Origin: Eledone cirrhosa
Lineage: Eukaryota
NCBI GenBank assembly: GCA_964016885.1
Contig: OZ024751.1
Location: 19,654,001-19,718,000, forward strand
Direction: 5' to 3'
DNA length: 64,000 bases
Shown: in pieces, positions 1 to 13,789 of the stretch
Layout of the letters: each line of letters starts with the position of its first letter
How positions within the stretch are numbered: the stretch's first letter is position 1
Translations under genes and position numbers: made by a program
Notes under the pieces: generated by a model
Seen by the model: only the letters and a program-made list of their open reading frames with translations
What the model was told of the DNA's origin: nothing
Databases searched by the model: none

Positions 1-28
1 GCCTCCAAAAGACGAAGAACATATATAT

Positions 29-67
<39 letters not shown>

Positions 68-129
68 ACACGTAGAGCAAATATTATTTGTACAGATAGA
101 AATCATTTGCATAAAATTTAATCTGTACA

Positions 130-206
<77 letters not shown>

Positions 207-489
207 ATATCGTCTCGCGTACTAAATATGGCCAGTAGAAATAAGATTAAGTCTACAATTTAAAAAAAAAAAAAAAAAAAAGAAACGCTCTGCAGTGTTG
301 TTATTGATATCTAGAAAGCTTGAGGAAGGGAGATAACTACTACAATGATAGTCGGTCCAAATGTTTCTGGGAATATTCATACAATGGAATAAGGAATGGA
401 TCTTGTCTTAATGCTAACTGATGTTTCGACTTTGTTAGATCTCCTCAACGAAGCGAGTTAGTTTCGGAGTGGAATTATACGCTGCTTAT

Positions 490-1290
490 GCGTGTCTAAC
501 GCGTCGTTTGCCAATTCATTTGCTAAAAATATGTATGTTCTAGAAACGTTTGACCAAACCTTTGTTTGTTTAATCGAACGTTTACTAGGCCTTTTTTTAA
601 TTTTTAATCCGACGCTCTAACGAATCTGCCAATTCGTTTGATAACATATTAATGTTCGAGAAATGTTTGATCGAACGTGTGTTTAATCAAACGTTTACGG
701 GGGATGGGGTTAATCGGATGCTCTAACGAGTCTACCAATTCGTTTGATAAAATATTCATGTTCTAGAAATGTTTGATCAAACTTATAACCTTAATCAAAT
801 ATTTGCGAGGTATTTTTTAATCCGACGTTCTATTGACTCTACCCATTCGTTTGATAGAATATTTATGCTCTAGAAATGTTTGACCAAACCTTTGTTTAAT
901 CAAACGTTTACTATGTCTTTTTTTTTTTAATTCGTCGCTCTAACGAGTCTGCCAATTCGTTTGATAACATAATTCGTTAAATGTTTGATCTAACGTGTAT
1001 TTAATCAAACGTTTACGGGGGGGGGGGGGGGGGGGCTAATCCGATTCTCTAACAAGTCTACCAATTCGTTTGATAAAATATTTGTTCTGAAAATGTTTAA
1101 CCAAACCTGTGTTTGTTTAATTAAACGTTTACGAGGCTTTAAAAAAAAAATCCGATGCTCTAACGAGTCTATCAATTCATTTGATAAAATATTCATGTTC
1201 TAGAAATGTGTGAGCAAACATGTATGTCTAATCAAATGTAGACGCGGCCTTTATTATCCGGTTCCCTAACGAGTTGTCTGCCAATTTGTC
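490..1290. repeat. ~108-bp tandem satellite, ~7-8 copies
   Basis: Recurring aatccgacgctctaacgagtctaccaattcgtttgata..ttctagaaatgtttga..aatcaaacgtttac. Confidence 0.85.
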
Positions 1291-2419
1291 AGATGAGATA
1301 AACTGTGTCATCACTCAATTTTATGGTTTGCGCTTAAAGTTCATTCTGCAATAATGAATGGTTATTGCAGGAACACAGCCATAATGGTAGCATTTTATGT
1401 TAAAGATTAAGTGATAACATTTTATGTTCAAAAAGATTCTTTTTCACTCGACATGTTTTACAGAAGATCAAATGTACAGATTGACTCTCATTTGAATCAC
1501 ACACATACACATAGATAGACATATATATATATATATATACACACATAGATTGACAAACACACACACATATGCATACACACAGACATACAAACATTCACTT
1601 AGACAAACACACACAATCACAGACGTACACACAGACAAATACACAGATACTCTTAGACAGATAGACACACTCACAGACACACATTACATATACTTATGCA
1701 CACACATTACATATACTTATGCGCACACATACATTATACACAAACAGACAGATATACATACACGCACACACATATATATATACAGACACACAAATATGCA
1801 CAGACACACACACCTGCATGCACTCACACACACATAGAGACTTAGACGCACAAACAGACACACACATAGAGACACAGATAGACACACACAGACAGACACA
1901 CATAGAGACTTAGACGCACAAACAGACACATACACACATAGAGACAGATACAGAAACAGACACACACACACACACACACACAAACACACAATAAAGCTAC
2001 GGCGAACCTTATCATGTTTGGATGAGATGTGCAAAAAAAGACAGATTTCTACACAAGTTAACGAATTATCTCGTCTAGAGCGAGATTGTATTGATATGAA
2101 GATTTAATGAATCTGTTGACCTTGACACAGATAGGAACCAATGGTTAAAGAGGGTTGGTAGCCGGTGGTTAAAATATGTTATCACATAATACTGTTATAT
2201 AGTTTAATGGTAATGGACGGACGATAGCTCCTCGAGGGAACGGTACAGAAATATAAGAAGCGAGGGAATGGAGAGGAGAGGGAAGAAAAAGAAAAAATAA
2301 ATAAAAAGAAAAAGAAAAAAGAAAAAAGAAAAAAGAAAAAAAAGAAAAAAGAAAAAAGAAAAAAGAAAAAGAAAAAGAAAAGAAAAAAGAAAAATAATAA
2401 TAATAATAAGAAGAAGAAT

Positions 2420-2772
2420 GTACAGTGCTCAGGTGCACTACAACTCATCAAAGGTGCATGTATAGTACATAGAATAATGTACAAATGCCAGGAAAATGAA
2501 CCGTGTATGAGTTATGATATATACACAGAGATATATGTGCGTGTGTATGGAGGGGGAATATCAGGTGTAGTGTTGGGGAATTTCAGGAAGCATGGAAGTT
2601 TTAAAGGATGCTGTGTCCCGACAACTAACAACCGATGCAAGTAGTTTGTTCCATGCTTCAGCAAGTCTGAGCATGAAAAAAATGTTTCCGAAAGTCATGG
2701 GAGCTCTGCTGTTTTCTGATTTTGTAAACATATCCATGGGTGTTAGACACATGGAATTCAAAGAGGTGCTCA
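2420..2772 (-). mobile_element. CR1/L2-type LINE 3' fragment
   Basis: FFMLRLAEAWNKLLASVVSCRDTASFK matches the CR1-clade ORF2 C-terminal motif FF.R...WN.LP..VV....FK. Confidence 0.7.
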
Positions 2773-3403
2773 GGATGATGATAGTGATGATGATGATGAT
2801 GATGATGTCTATAAAGATAAAAACCCTAGATCCGGAATATCAAACATGCGGCCCTTTACAAACACCTGCGGCCCGGACAAAGGTTTTTACAGCGCGAGCA
2901 TGTTTTTTCTTCGCAAAATTAGTTGTAATGTGCGCAATTAGTTGCCGTCTGCGGCCCTCAGACAACACATATGTACCCATGTGGTCCTTGGGGGACCCTC
3001 ACTTTGACATGCCTACCCCAGGTGACTGTTTAAACAAATAGGTATGTAATTTATAATTGTTTCTACGTTAGGCACAAGGCCAGCAATTACCCAGTGTATT
3101 ACTGGTACTTTATTTTATCGACCCTGTAAGGATGAAAGGCAAAGTCAACCTCGGCGGGATTTGAACTCAGATCGTCAATGGTTTCGTAGATGACTGCTTG
3201 AGCAAGTAGAGGTATTTATTTAAAGATAAACAAAAAAAATACAAGCTACGGAGGTTATCGACACCTGCTTTGTTTTATTGTTCAGTAAATACCTCGTTTA
3301 CCTGCTTGACAAGTACAATATTTCCCATAAACTAAAGTGACCGCACCCCGTTCAAAGAAAAGTGATACTCATAGCTGCCGATGAATTTAGAGTACCAATC
3401 TAA

Positions 3404-3530
<127 letters not shown>

Positions 3531-3605
3531 ATATATTATATATATAATATATATATATATAATACGATATTAACAAATGGAAACTATATTTATAAAACCA
3601 AATTT

Positions 3606-3668
3606 ATTTCATTATACATATTTCAAGGACACCAAGTTAAATTATGGTGTGCTTTCATCAGATAAAAT
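3606..3668 (-). ncRNA. Type I hammerhead (family B)
   Basis: AUUUUAU-CUGAUGA-aagcacacca..ugguguccuu-GAAA-uaugu-AUA-AUGAAAU. Confidence 0.65.
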
Positions 3669-3906
3669 ATAATATAGATCAGTTTTATAAATAAATATTG
3701 ACATACCCTTAAAGAATGCAACCATTACTGTTGGAAGCTCCCGGATGTTGAGTGCTTTATATCAGTTATAAAAATATTTGCTTGTTGTATCCCAACAATT
3801 TAAATAGAACTCTTACATATATATATATATATATAACAAACTTTAATATAGAAATGGCTTCTGCAAGGCTAGAACTGTTTCATTCGAAGGAAACCATCAG
3901 GAAAGC

Positions 3907-4017
<111 letters not shown>

Positions 4018-4018
4018 T

Positions 4019-5365
4019 TATAACGAAGGGTAAAAAATGAAAAAGTTAGAATTAATATGTGGTTATTTTTAGAGGAAATAACATGAATAATAATTGTAGA
4101 TGTACAATAGGAATATAAAGAATATAAGAATAAATGATTTGGTTATATATAGTTTACTTCACGTGAAATCAATTAAAAAGTACATATAAAACAGTTACCA
4201 AGAGTTGTTCATGTTATTGTTTCTGATGTGAGGCTGTTGTAGTCTGTTGTTGTTGTTTGGTGTGAAAGCAGCGAGCGACAGATAATTGTTGTTGTTGTTG
4301 TTGGAATTTTGAGACCGTGGTAGTAGTTGTGTGACCGTGTTAGTAAGAGAAAGAGATAATGTATGTATATCTCTGAATGGTCTGTAGTAACTGTGAATGG
4401 TCTGTAGTAACTGTGAATCTTCCACATTTGTATTCTGTAGTAATTGGGTTCCAATCGCTCTGGGTGTATCTGTAGACCACATGGGGTCTGTTGAATAGTG
4501 GTGAATCTTTACATACCTTGTTGTTGGTGAGGTGCTCCGATGTCTCTGTGTCTGTAGACCCTTTGGGTCTATTGATAGCAGTAAATCCTTACATAGCTTG
4601 TTCTGTAGTGTGGTGCTCCGATGTCTCTGTGTCTGTAGACCCTTTGGGTCTATTGATAGCAGTAAATCCTTACATAGCTTGTTCTGTAGTGTGGTGCTCC
4701 GATGTCTCTGTGTCTGTAGACCCTTTGGGTCTATTGATAGCAGTAAATCCTTACATAGCTTGTTCTGTAGTGAGGTGCTCCGATGTCTCTGTGTCTGTTA
4801 GACCCTTTGGGTCTATTGATAGCAGTAAATCCTTACATAGCTTGTTTTGTTGTGGGGTGCTCCTATGTATCTGTCTCTGTAGACCCTTTGGGTCTATTGA
4901 TAGCAGTAAATCCTTACATAGCTTGTTCTGTAGTGAGGTGCTCCGATGTATCTGTCTCTGTAGACCCTTTGGGTCTATTGATAGCAGTAAATCCTTACAT
5001 AGCTTGTTCTGTAGTGGGGTACTCCGATGTATCTGTCTCTGTCTCTATAGACCCTTTGGGTCTATTGATAGCAGTAAATCCTTACATAGCTTGTTCTGTA
5101 GTGGGGTGCTCCGTGTATCTGTCTCTGTAGACCCTTTGGGTCTATTGATAGCAGTAAATCCTTACGTAGCTTGTTCTATAGCGGGGTGCTCCGATGTATC
5201 TCCTTGAGTGGGATGATAGCACCGGCTTTATATAACTATCGCTTCCTGTCCTCCACCTTGAGGGGACAGTCAAAACATCAACCTGTTAACACTAAAAATG
5301 TTTTGACCTAGAATTTGATCTTTAGGTATCAGCCAAAGTTCAAGGCGCGGACAGATTTCGCTACA
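4019..5365 (-). mobile_element. Solo-LTR-like element with internal 81-bp tandem array
   Basis: Minus strand starts TGTAGCGAA and ends TTCGTTATA (imperfect terminal inverted repeats), TATATAAAG near 5230, embedded between TG/TA microsatellites. Confidence 0.4.
4450..5205. repeat. 81-bp minisatellite, ~8-9 copies
   Basis: gtagaccctttgggtctattgatagc... recurs at 4554, 4635, 4716 and onward; each unit has a small hairpin tagaccc-ttt-gggtcta. Confidence 0.9.
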
Positions 5366-5375
5366 CACACACACA

Positions 5376-5483
<108 letters not shown>

Positions 5484-6343
5484 CAAAAGTAGGATGATAT
5501 ATATATATATAAAATAAACACATCAAACAATTACAGGAGATAATTTGTAAAGCGTGTAACTGAACTTGGATTTGTGGACAAAGAAAGCAGCTCCCTAATT
5601 CATAGACTGCGATAGCTGGCACCTTCAAAATTTGCAAAACATTCTTGCGATTCAATAGATGACAATTTCTTTTCTTTTACAACCATGCCACCACCGGTCA
5701 AAAATGTACTCGAAATTAAGAGAAACATACATACATATACGGCGGTCTTCCACAGTGTTTCCGTCAACCAAATTTCACTCACAAGACATTGGTTAACCCG
5801 AAACCTTAGTAGCAAACATTGGACCAAAGAGTCACGCAGTGTGACTGAACCCCCAAACCACATGATCCAGAACAGGAACAGGACTCCTTTGACGCAGGGC
5901 CATATCTGTGCCAACATATCGACGGAATATTGAAATAATACAGCTGAATTTATAATTAAGTCGGCAAATCCTTTTTTAATTTGACCTCTATTTAATGTTT
6001 CCATATTTGCATAAATCATTTGCATATCTGAAACGCATATCTCATTATTTGCATAATCATTTGCATATCACATTAATCCTCGTTATCAGCTACGATTATT
6101 CAATCACTCAGCATGCAACAACACAAATAAAGATAAAAAAAAAGATTAAGATAGTACCACACCTTAATAATTTGTGGACAGTGGACGAGTTCGACCTGCT
6201 AGAAATAGCAGCAAGTGTTTTGCTATATCTTGCCTTGGTACCCTGGCTCGCTTCGCACGCCCCGGTGCCGTGTGTTTTGCTATATCTTGGATTTTTCCAA
6301 ATTTAACGGTTTCTTAGGAACTTTCAATGTTTATTTTAGGTTT

Positions 6344-6405
6344 TGCCGTCTGAAGAGCTGAGGCTACCATAACTGACAGTCCTCAGTGAAATATGTATAA
6401 CAGAG
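6344..6405 (+). ncRNA. Hammerhead-like motif, degenerate stem I
   Basis: CUGAAGA-GCUGAGG..CCUCAGU-GAAA-uaugu-AUA; 7-bp stem II, stem I only partly paired. Confidence 0.5.
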
Positions 6406-6507
6406 TTTTAAATAGACCTGAATCAACTAAAGATGGCCTCCGAGCTTTTATTAATATATGTATATATATATAATACGATATTAACAAATGGAAGCTATAT
6501 TTATAAA

Positions 6508-8210
6508 ATGGTGGTGGTGGTTGTGGTGGTAGTGGTGGTGGTGGTGGTGGTGGTTGTGGTGGCTGTGGTTGTGGCGGTAGTGGTGAAGGTGGAGATGGTG
6601 GTTGTGGTGATAGTGGTAGCGGTGGTGGTAGTGGTGGTTGTAGTGAAGGTGGAGATGGTGGTTGTGGTGATAGTGGTAGCGGTGGTGGTAGTGGTGGTTG
6701 TAGTGAAGGTGGAGATGGTGGTTGTGGCTGTGGTGGTGGTGGTGGTGGTGGTGGTGGTGGTGGTGGTGGTGGGGATGGTGCTTGTGGTGGTGGTGGAGAT
6801 AGTGGTTGTGGTGGTGGGGGTGGGGGTGGAGATGGTGGTTGTGGCTGTGGTAGTGGTGGTGGTGGAGATGGTGGTTGTGGCTGTGGTTGTGGTGGTAGTG
6901 GTGATGGTGGAGATGGTGGTTGTGGTGATAGTGGTAGCGGTGGTGGTAGTGGTGGTTGTAGTGAAGGTGGAGATGGTGGTTGTGGCTGTGGTGGTGGTGG
7001 TGGTGGTGGTGGGGATGGTGCTTGTGGTGGTGGTGGAGATAGTGGTTGTGGTGGTGGGGGTGGGGGTGGAGATGGTGGTTGTGGCTGTGGTAGTGGTGGT
7101 GGTGGAGATGGTGGTTGTGGCTGTGGTTGTGGTGGTAGTGGTGATGGTGGAGATGGTGGTTGTGGTGATAGTGGTGGTGGTGGTGGAGGTGGTGGTTGTG
7201 GCTGTGGTAGTGGTGGTGGTGGTGATGGTGGAGATGGTGGTTGTGGCTGAGGTTGTGGTGGTAGTGCTGATGGTGGAGATGGTGGTTGTGGTGGTAGTGG
7301 TGGTGGTGGTGGTGGTGGTGGTGGTGGTGGAGATGGTGGTTGTGGCTGTGGTAGTGGTGGTGATGGTGGAGATGGTGGTTGTGGCTGTGGTTGTAGTGGT
7401 AGTGGTGATGGTGGAGATGGTGGTTGTGGTGGTAGTGGTGAAGGTGGAGATGGTGGTTGTCGCTGTGGTGGTAGTGGTGGTGGTGGAGATGGTGGTTGTG
7501 GTGGTAGTGGTGGTGGTGGTGGTGATGGTGGTGATGGTGGTTGTGGCTGTGGTTGTAGTGGTAGTGGTGATGGTGGAGATGGTGGTTGTGGCTGTGGATG
7601 TGGTGGTAGTGGTGATGGTGGAGATGGTGGTTGTGGTGATAGTGGTGGTGGTGGTGGAGGTGGTGGTTGTGGCTGTGGTAGTGGTGGTGGTGGTGATGGT
7701 GGAGATGGTGGTTGTGGCTGAGGTTGTGGTGGTAGTGCTGATGGTGGAGATGGTGGTTGTGGTGGTAGTGGTGGTGGTGGTGGTGGTGGTGGTGGTGGTG
7801 GAGATGGTGGTTGTGGCTGTGGTAGTGGTGGTGATGGTGGAGATGGTGGTTGTGGCTGTGGTTGTAGTGGTAGTGGTGATGGTGGAGATGGTGGTTGTGG
7901 TGGTAGTGGTGAAGGTGGAGATGGTGGTTGTCGCTGTGGTGGTAGTGGTGGTGGTGGAGATGGTGGTTGTGGTGGTAGTGGTGGTGGTGGTGGTGATGGT
8001 GGTGATGGTGGTTGTGGCTGTGGTTGTAGTGGTAGTGGTGATGGTGGAGATGGTGGTTGTGGCTGTGGATGTGGTGGTAGTGGTGGTAGTGGTGGTAGTG
8101 GTGATGGTGGAAATAGTGGTTGTGGTGGTAGTGGTGGAGGTGGTGGTGATGGTGGTTGTGGTGGTTGTGGCTGTGGTAGTGGTGGTAGTGGTGGTAGTGG
8201 TGGTGGTTGT
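6508..8210. repeat. Compound (GGT)n microsatellite with higher-order duplications
   Basis: GGT/GGA/GTT triplet variants repeated in blocks of several hundred bp. Confidence 0.95.
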
Positions 8211-8404
8211 GATAGGAGACAGACGTTCCTATTGCTAGACTGTTTCCTCATTCCATTAGCTCATGCCGTTGCTGTTGAGACGAACGAAGTGAGATAACAT
8301 ATTGAGGTGTGTCACATGGTTTCACACACACACATACACACATGCACACACAAACACACACACACACACATACACAACACACACATGCACACACACACGC
8401 ACAC

Positions 8405-8463
<59 letters not shown>

Positions 8464-8464
8464 T

Positions 8465-8660
8465 GTTGCTTAGTGGTTAAAGCGTTGGTTTCCCAATCGT
8501 GAGGTTGCGAGTTCGATTCCCGGATCAGATGATGCGTTGAGTCCTTGAGCAAGACACTTTATTTCACGTTGTTCCAGTTTACTCAGCTATAGAAAGGAGT
8601 TGTATCGTCACTGGTACCCCAAGCTGTGTCGGCCATTTGTCTTTCTCTTTGACAACATCG
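8465..8660 (+). mobile_element. tRNA-derived SINE family 2
   Basis: GCTTAGTGGTTA A-box, GAGTTCGATTCC B-box, GTCCTTGAGCAAGACACTT core; other copies at ~18515, 20135, 24720(-), 33040, 34030(-), 39300(-), 58685, 63135. Confidence 0.8.
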
Positions 8661-9053
8661 TATCTACGAGTGTATATATAATATATAATGTATATATAAT
8701 GTATATATTAGTTGTGACGCCATTGGTGCCAAGCTATATAGGCCTGTATCTTTCCCATAATAAATACGAGTGTATATATAATATATAATTGTTTCTACTT
8801 TTGGCACAAGGCCAGCAATTATCCCAGTACATTACTGGTACTTTATTTTATCGACCCCCGTACGGGTGAAAGGCAAAGTTGACCTCGGCGGCATTTGAAC
8901 TCAGACAATAAAGGGCCGTAACTCTCTGCGTCAAAGCATGGCGTCCGACCCTTTACCGATACTGATTTAATGTATGTATAGTGTATATATTAGTTGTCGT
9001 TCCTTCCTCTCCTCACTCTTTATCTTTCTATTTCATCTTTTATTTCTAACTCA

Positions 9054-9089
9054 TCTTCTGATGAAAGACCATGGTCCGAAACGTTAAGA
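9054..9089 (+). ncRNA. Minimal type I hammerhead (family A)
   Basis: UCUU-CUGAUGA-aaGACCauGGUCc-GAAAC-GUU-AAGA; palindromic AACGUU stem III. Confidence 0.65.
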
Positions 9090-9329
9090 CACTTTTCCTG
9101 CTATTTCAAGCGTTAAACTAATATATTTTTTCCAGTGTACTGTGCTATTTGCTTTGTTATTTCTGTTTCTGATTTAGGCACAAGGCCAACAATTTTTGGG
9201 AGGAGAAAGTCGACTAAATTGACGCCAGTGCATTACTGGTACTTCATTTTATCAACACCATAGTGATGACGCGGTAAGGATGAAAGGCAAAGCTAACCTA
9301 GGCGGGATTTGAACCTAGAACGCAAAGGA

Positions 9330-9347
9330 CTCCTCCTCCTCCTCCTC

Positions 9348-9396
<49 letters not shown>

Positions 9397-9428
9397 CACC
9401 ACCACCACTACTAAAACTACCCACCATC

Positions 9429-9478
<50 letters not shown>

Positions 9479-9482
9479 CACC

Positions 9483-9517
<35 letters not shown>

Positions 9518-9521
9518 CACC

Positions 9522-9583
<62 letters not shown>

Positions 9584-9593
9584 CACCACCACC

Positions 9594-9628
<35 letters not shown>

Positions 9629-9650
9629 CACCGCCACCACCACCACCACC

Positions 9651-9700
<50 letters not shown>

Positions 9701-9713
9701 CACCACCACCACC

Positions 9714-9766
<53 letters not shown>

Positions 9767-9779
9767 CACCACCACCACC

Positions 9780-9855
<76 letters not shown>

Positions 9856-9869
9856 AAACTACCCACCAT

Positions 9870-9920
<51 letters not shown>

Positions 9921-9924
9921 CACC

Positions 9925-9959
<35 letters not shown>

Positions 9960-9963
9960 CACC

Positions 9964-10025
<62 letters not shown>

Positions 10026-10035
10026 CACCACCACC

Positions 10036-10070
<35 letters not shown>

Positions 10071-10092
10071 CACCGCCACCACCACCACCACC

Positions 10093-10142
<50 letters not shown>

Positions 10143-10155
10143 CACCACCACCACC

Positions 10156-10208
<53 letters not shown>

Positions 10209-10221
10209 CACCACCACCACC

Positions 10222-10297
<76 letters not shown>

Positions 10298-10460
10298 AAA
10301 CTACCCACCATCACCACCATCACTACTACTACTACTACTACCACCACCACCACCACCACTACTACTACTACTACCACCACCACCACCACCACTACTAAAA
10401 CTACCCACCATCACCACTACTACTACTACTACTACCACCACCACCACCACCACCACCACC

Positions 10461-10504
<44 letters not shown>

Positions 10505-10597
10505 CACCACCACTACTAAAACTACCCACCATCACCACTACTACTACTACTACTACTACCACTACTACCACCACTACTAAAACTACCCACCATCACC

Positions 10598-10632
<35 letters not shown>

Positions 10633-10636
10633 CATC

Positions 10637-10725
<89 letters not shown>

Positions 10726-10875
10726 CACCACCACCACCACCACCACCACCACCACCACCACTACTACCACCACCACCACTACCACTACTACTACTACTAC
10801 TACCATCACCACCACTACAACTACTGCTACGACGATCACCACCACAGAGACAACAACAAGAACAACAACAACAAT
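9330..10875. repeat. (CTA)n/(CCA)n compound microsatellite
   Basis: Directly visible; the marker ctactaaaactacccaccatc recurs. Confidence 0.95.
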
Positions 10876-11380
10876 AGTGTTACATCTTGTTTGTTTAATC
10901 AGTCATTAGAAGGTCGTGAAAGAAATTCGATGACAGGAAACGAAGGAAGACGGGGAAAAAAACAACAACAACAACAACAAAAACGAAAAACGAAACAATA
11001 AAAAAGGAAAACCCCAAAAGAAAGAAAATAACAAACAACGACCACAAAACGAAACGAAATAGTGGACGGAAAAGAAAAAAAGATAAAAAGAAAGGACAAA
11101 TGAATGAATAAAAGAGGGAAAAGAAGAGGCGAAGAAAAATGAATGACATTGACTGAGAATGGGAGAAAAACATGCAAAAACACACAAATAAAAGAAAATG
11201 ATAAGAAAAGTTATAAAACAGAGGTTTTAGATCTGATGTTAAATTCAACAGAAGGAGTGGTAGCTGTTTTTATTAGGTTTTGTCATCTGTTTGTTCGTCT
11301 GCTTTACTGAAAGCGTTATCCAGTTCAAATGTGTTATCAATAAAAAAGTTATAACAAAATAAATATATAATTTTTTTTTC

Positions 11381-11439
<59 letters not shown>

Positions 11440-11549
11440 CGCGCGCACGCACAAGCACACATGTAAAAGGTAAACAGAAATAACAACATAATCGGTACAG
11501 TATAGGGAAAGGATATATTAGGTTAACGCTTGATATAGCAGGAAGAGGG

Positions 11550-11586
11550 TCTTAACGTTTCGGACCACTAGTCCTTCATCAGAAGA
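11550..11586 (-). ncRNA. Minimal type I hammerhead (family A)
   Basis: UCUU-CUGAUGA-a-GGAC uagug GUCC-GAAAC-GUU-AAGA. Confidence 0.7.
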
Positions 11587-13789
11587 AAGAATGAGAAATA
11601 AGATAGATTGGGAGGGGGGGGGGGGGTGATTGGAAAAAATGTCTTTAGATAAAAATAACAGGTCCATTTATGTTGACATCTCTTGCAATATATATATATA
11701 TATATATACACATATAATCTCAGCAAGATCGTATTTCGGCTGTGGTAAATAACAAAGCGAAACGCATTTTTCGAGATATGCGACAAGCGCTCAATGGACT
11801 AAAAGAAGAGCAGAGCAATTAACATACGTTATAGAGGCCATAGAAACTGAAAACGGGGGTCATGAAGCTATCAGCCACCGGTGGTGGTAGTGTTGTTGTT
11901 AGTGTTCTTGTTCGTAGTGGTGGAAGTGTCGCTGGTCTGTCTCGGTGTGTGTGAGAGAGAGAGACAGGGAGAAAGAGAGAGAGAAAGAAAGAAAGAGCGA
12001 GTCAAAGAGAAAGAAAGAAACAACCAACCGCAGTACTTCACTAACTCTTTATTAGTGAAAGGATGAAATGCAAAGTTGACCTCGGCGGGATTTGAACTCA
12101 GAACGCAGAAAGCCAATGACCAAATAATACGCAAACTTTTAATCTAAAACCTTAACGACTCTACCAATTAGCCACCTTTGAAACAGGTTAATTTAGTAAA
12201 TATAATCAACCAAGGTTTAAACACCTACACAGTTGACATCGTGCCTGAACAATTAAATTAATTCTCTCTGCTCCTCCCACATCCACCTTCCCCCGCCTTG
12301 CACGATTCCATGTAAATTAAATTTTTGGTTGATTGGAGTTGCCATTAAGGCTAATTACTTTTCACCCGTATTATCGTTATAATTTGAATTAGCGCTATGA
12401 TTTCAATTAATTAGAAATTATTTTCAGCCCACCAGCTGCAGAAATGACAACCTGCACTAAACTATTTGTTATTCCTGCAGAGGGCGTTGTTGGAGAATTT
12501 TCCAATGTCAGTGATTTAATTTGCTTAATCAGAGAATATTCTTCAGATGAACAAATATTATTTTTTATTAGATTTGAAAATCTTGGCAGCCATTGGCTGG
12601 ACTATGCTTTGCTGAAGAGAACCAATAGGACTGGAACATAACCTGAATTGTCACCGTAGATACCAAAAACCAGACTAACTTTCCTACCCCTGGCAGGTTC
12701 ATTAAAAATGTTGGATGATCAAAATTACAGGAATTATCTCCCTTGTTTCTTCTGAGAATGAATTACCATCAACCCAAATGTTATTTCTATGTCATTAGGG
12801 CGATATTTTCAATAAATTAAATATTAATTTTAGCTAACCACCTCAAGCATGATGGATCCTCCGTCAGTTTCGACGATGAGTATTCAGTTGTTTGAGCAAC
12901 TGATTAAGTGATGTGCAAGTGGTTATGTATTTCACTGACATGTATAGCCATAACGTAATTCCCCAGCCAAATCAACGTGACACAGTATGTGACAAAACTG
13001 GTCCTTGGAATTACAGGTACAAATCCATCCCACGTGTCTCCATATAGCTTCCATCTGCCTAATTTCACTCACATGGAGATGCTGAAGTTCCTTGCTCTTG
13101 ATGCCACATATTGGAATCGAACCCAGGACCTCCTGGTAGGAGTGCAAATTTCTTAAGCACTCCGCCATGGTTGTGATTACACCTCAACTCAAGCTTCTAG
13201 TCAACTATATATATATATTACTACGGCCAAGAATATTCATAACTCTTTTTCTATTTGTGAAACTCTCTCTTGTACCTCACGCTTTCACTTCATTCACTAG
13301 TATGCAGTCAAAGCAATGACACCACTTTCTCATCTTCTTCTTAGCTCCCAGATGAAGGACAAAAGCCCGACACTACTGTCACTTCCGCTTCTTAGTTCTC
13401 AGATAAAAGACAAAAGCTGAATGCCAGTTTCTCTTCCTCTTCTTAGTTCTCAGATAAAGGGCAAAACAGCCAAGACCATTTTTTCTTCTGCTTCTTAGCT
13501 CTTAGATGAAGGACAAAAACCCGACACCACTTTTTCTTCTGCTTCTTAGCTCTCAGATGAAAGACAAAAACCCGAAACGTTGCATTCGTCACTCCTCTAT
13601 AAACACAAATTCATCAAACTTTACTATAATATATGAATTGTTATCAATACGAACCATTACCAATTTCCTTGCATTTCGAATTTCACAGAATCTAACGTAT
13701 CTTTTCTTAAGACGATAGGGATGCAGTTTGAGTGAGATTTAGCAACGATTTTTAGCACGTCAAGCGACCAGTAAAAGGCACCTTTATTA

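Noticed and set aside
4450-5205. CRISPR-like appearance (palindromic repeat units)
   Set aside because: No unique spacers, eukaryotic context and no cas genes
4491-5207. ORF with repeated LLIAVNPY, resembling the myosin motor motif
   Set aside because: Product of an 81-bp tandem repeat with frameshifts; no other myosin motifs
6383-8251. 622-aa Pro-rich and 601-aa Val-rich ORFs
   Set aside because: Stop-free translations of a (GGT)n microsatellite; no non-repetitive domain or splice support
8465-8530. tRNA-like A/B boxes
   Set aside because: SINE heads without a complete cloverleaf; not tRNA genes
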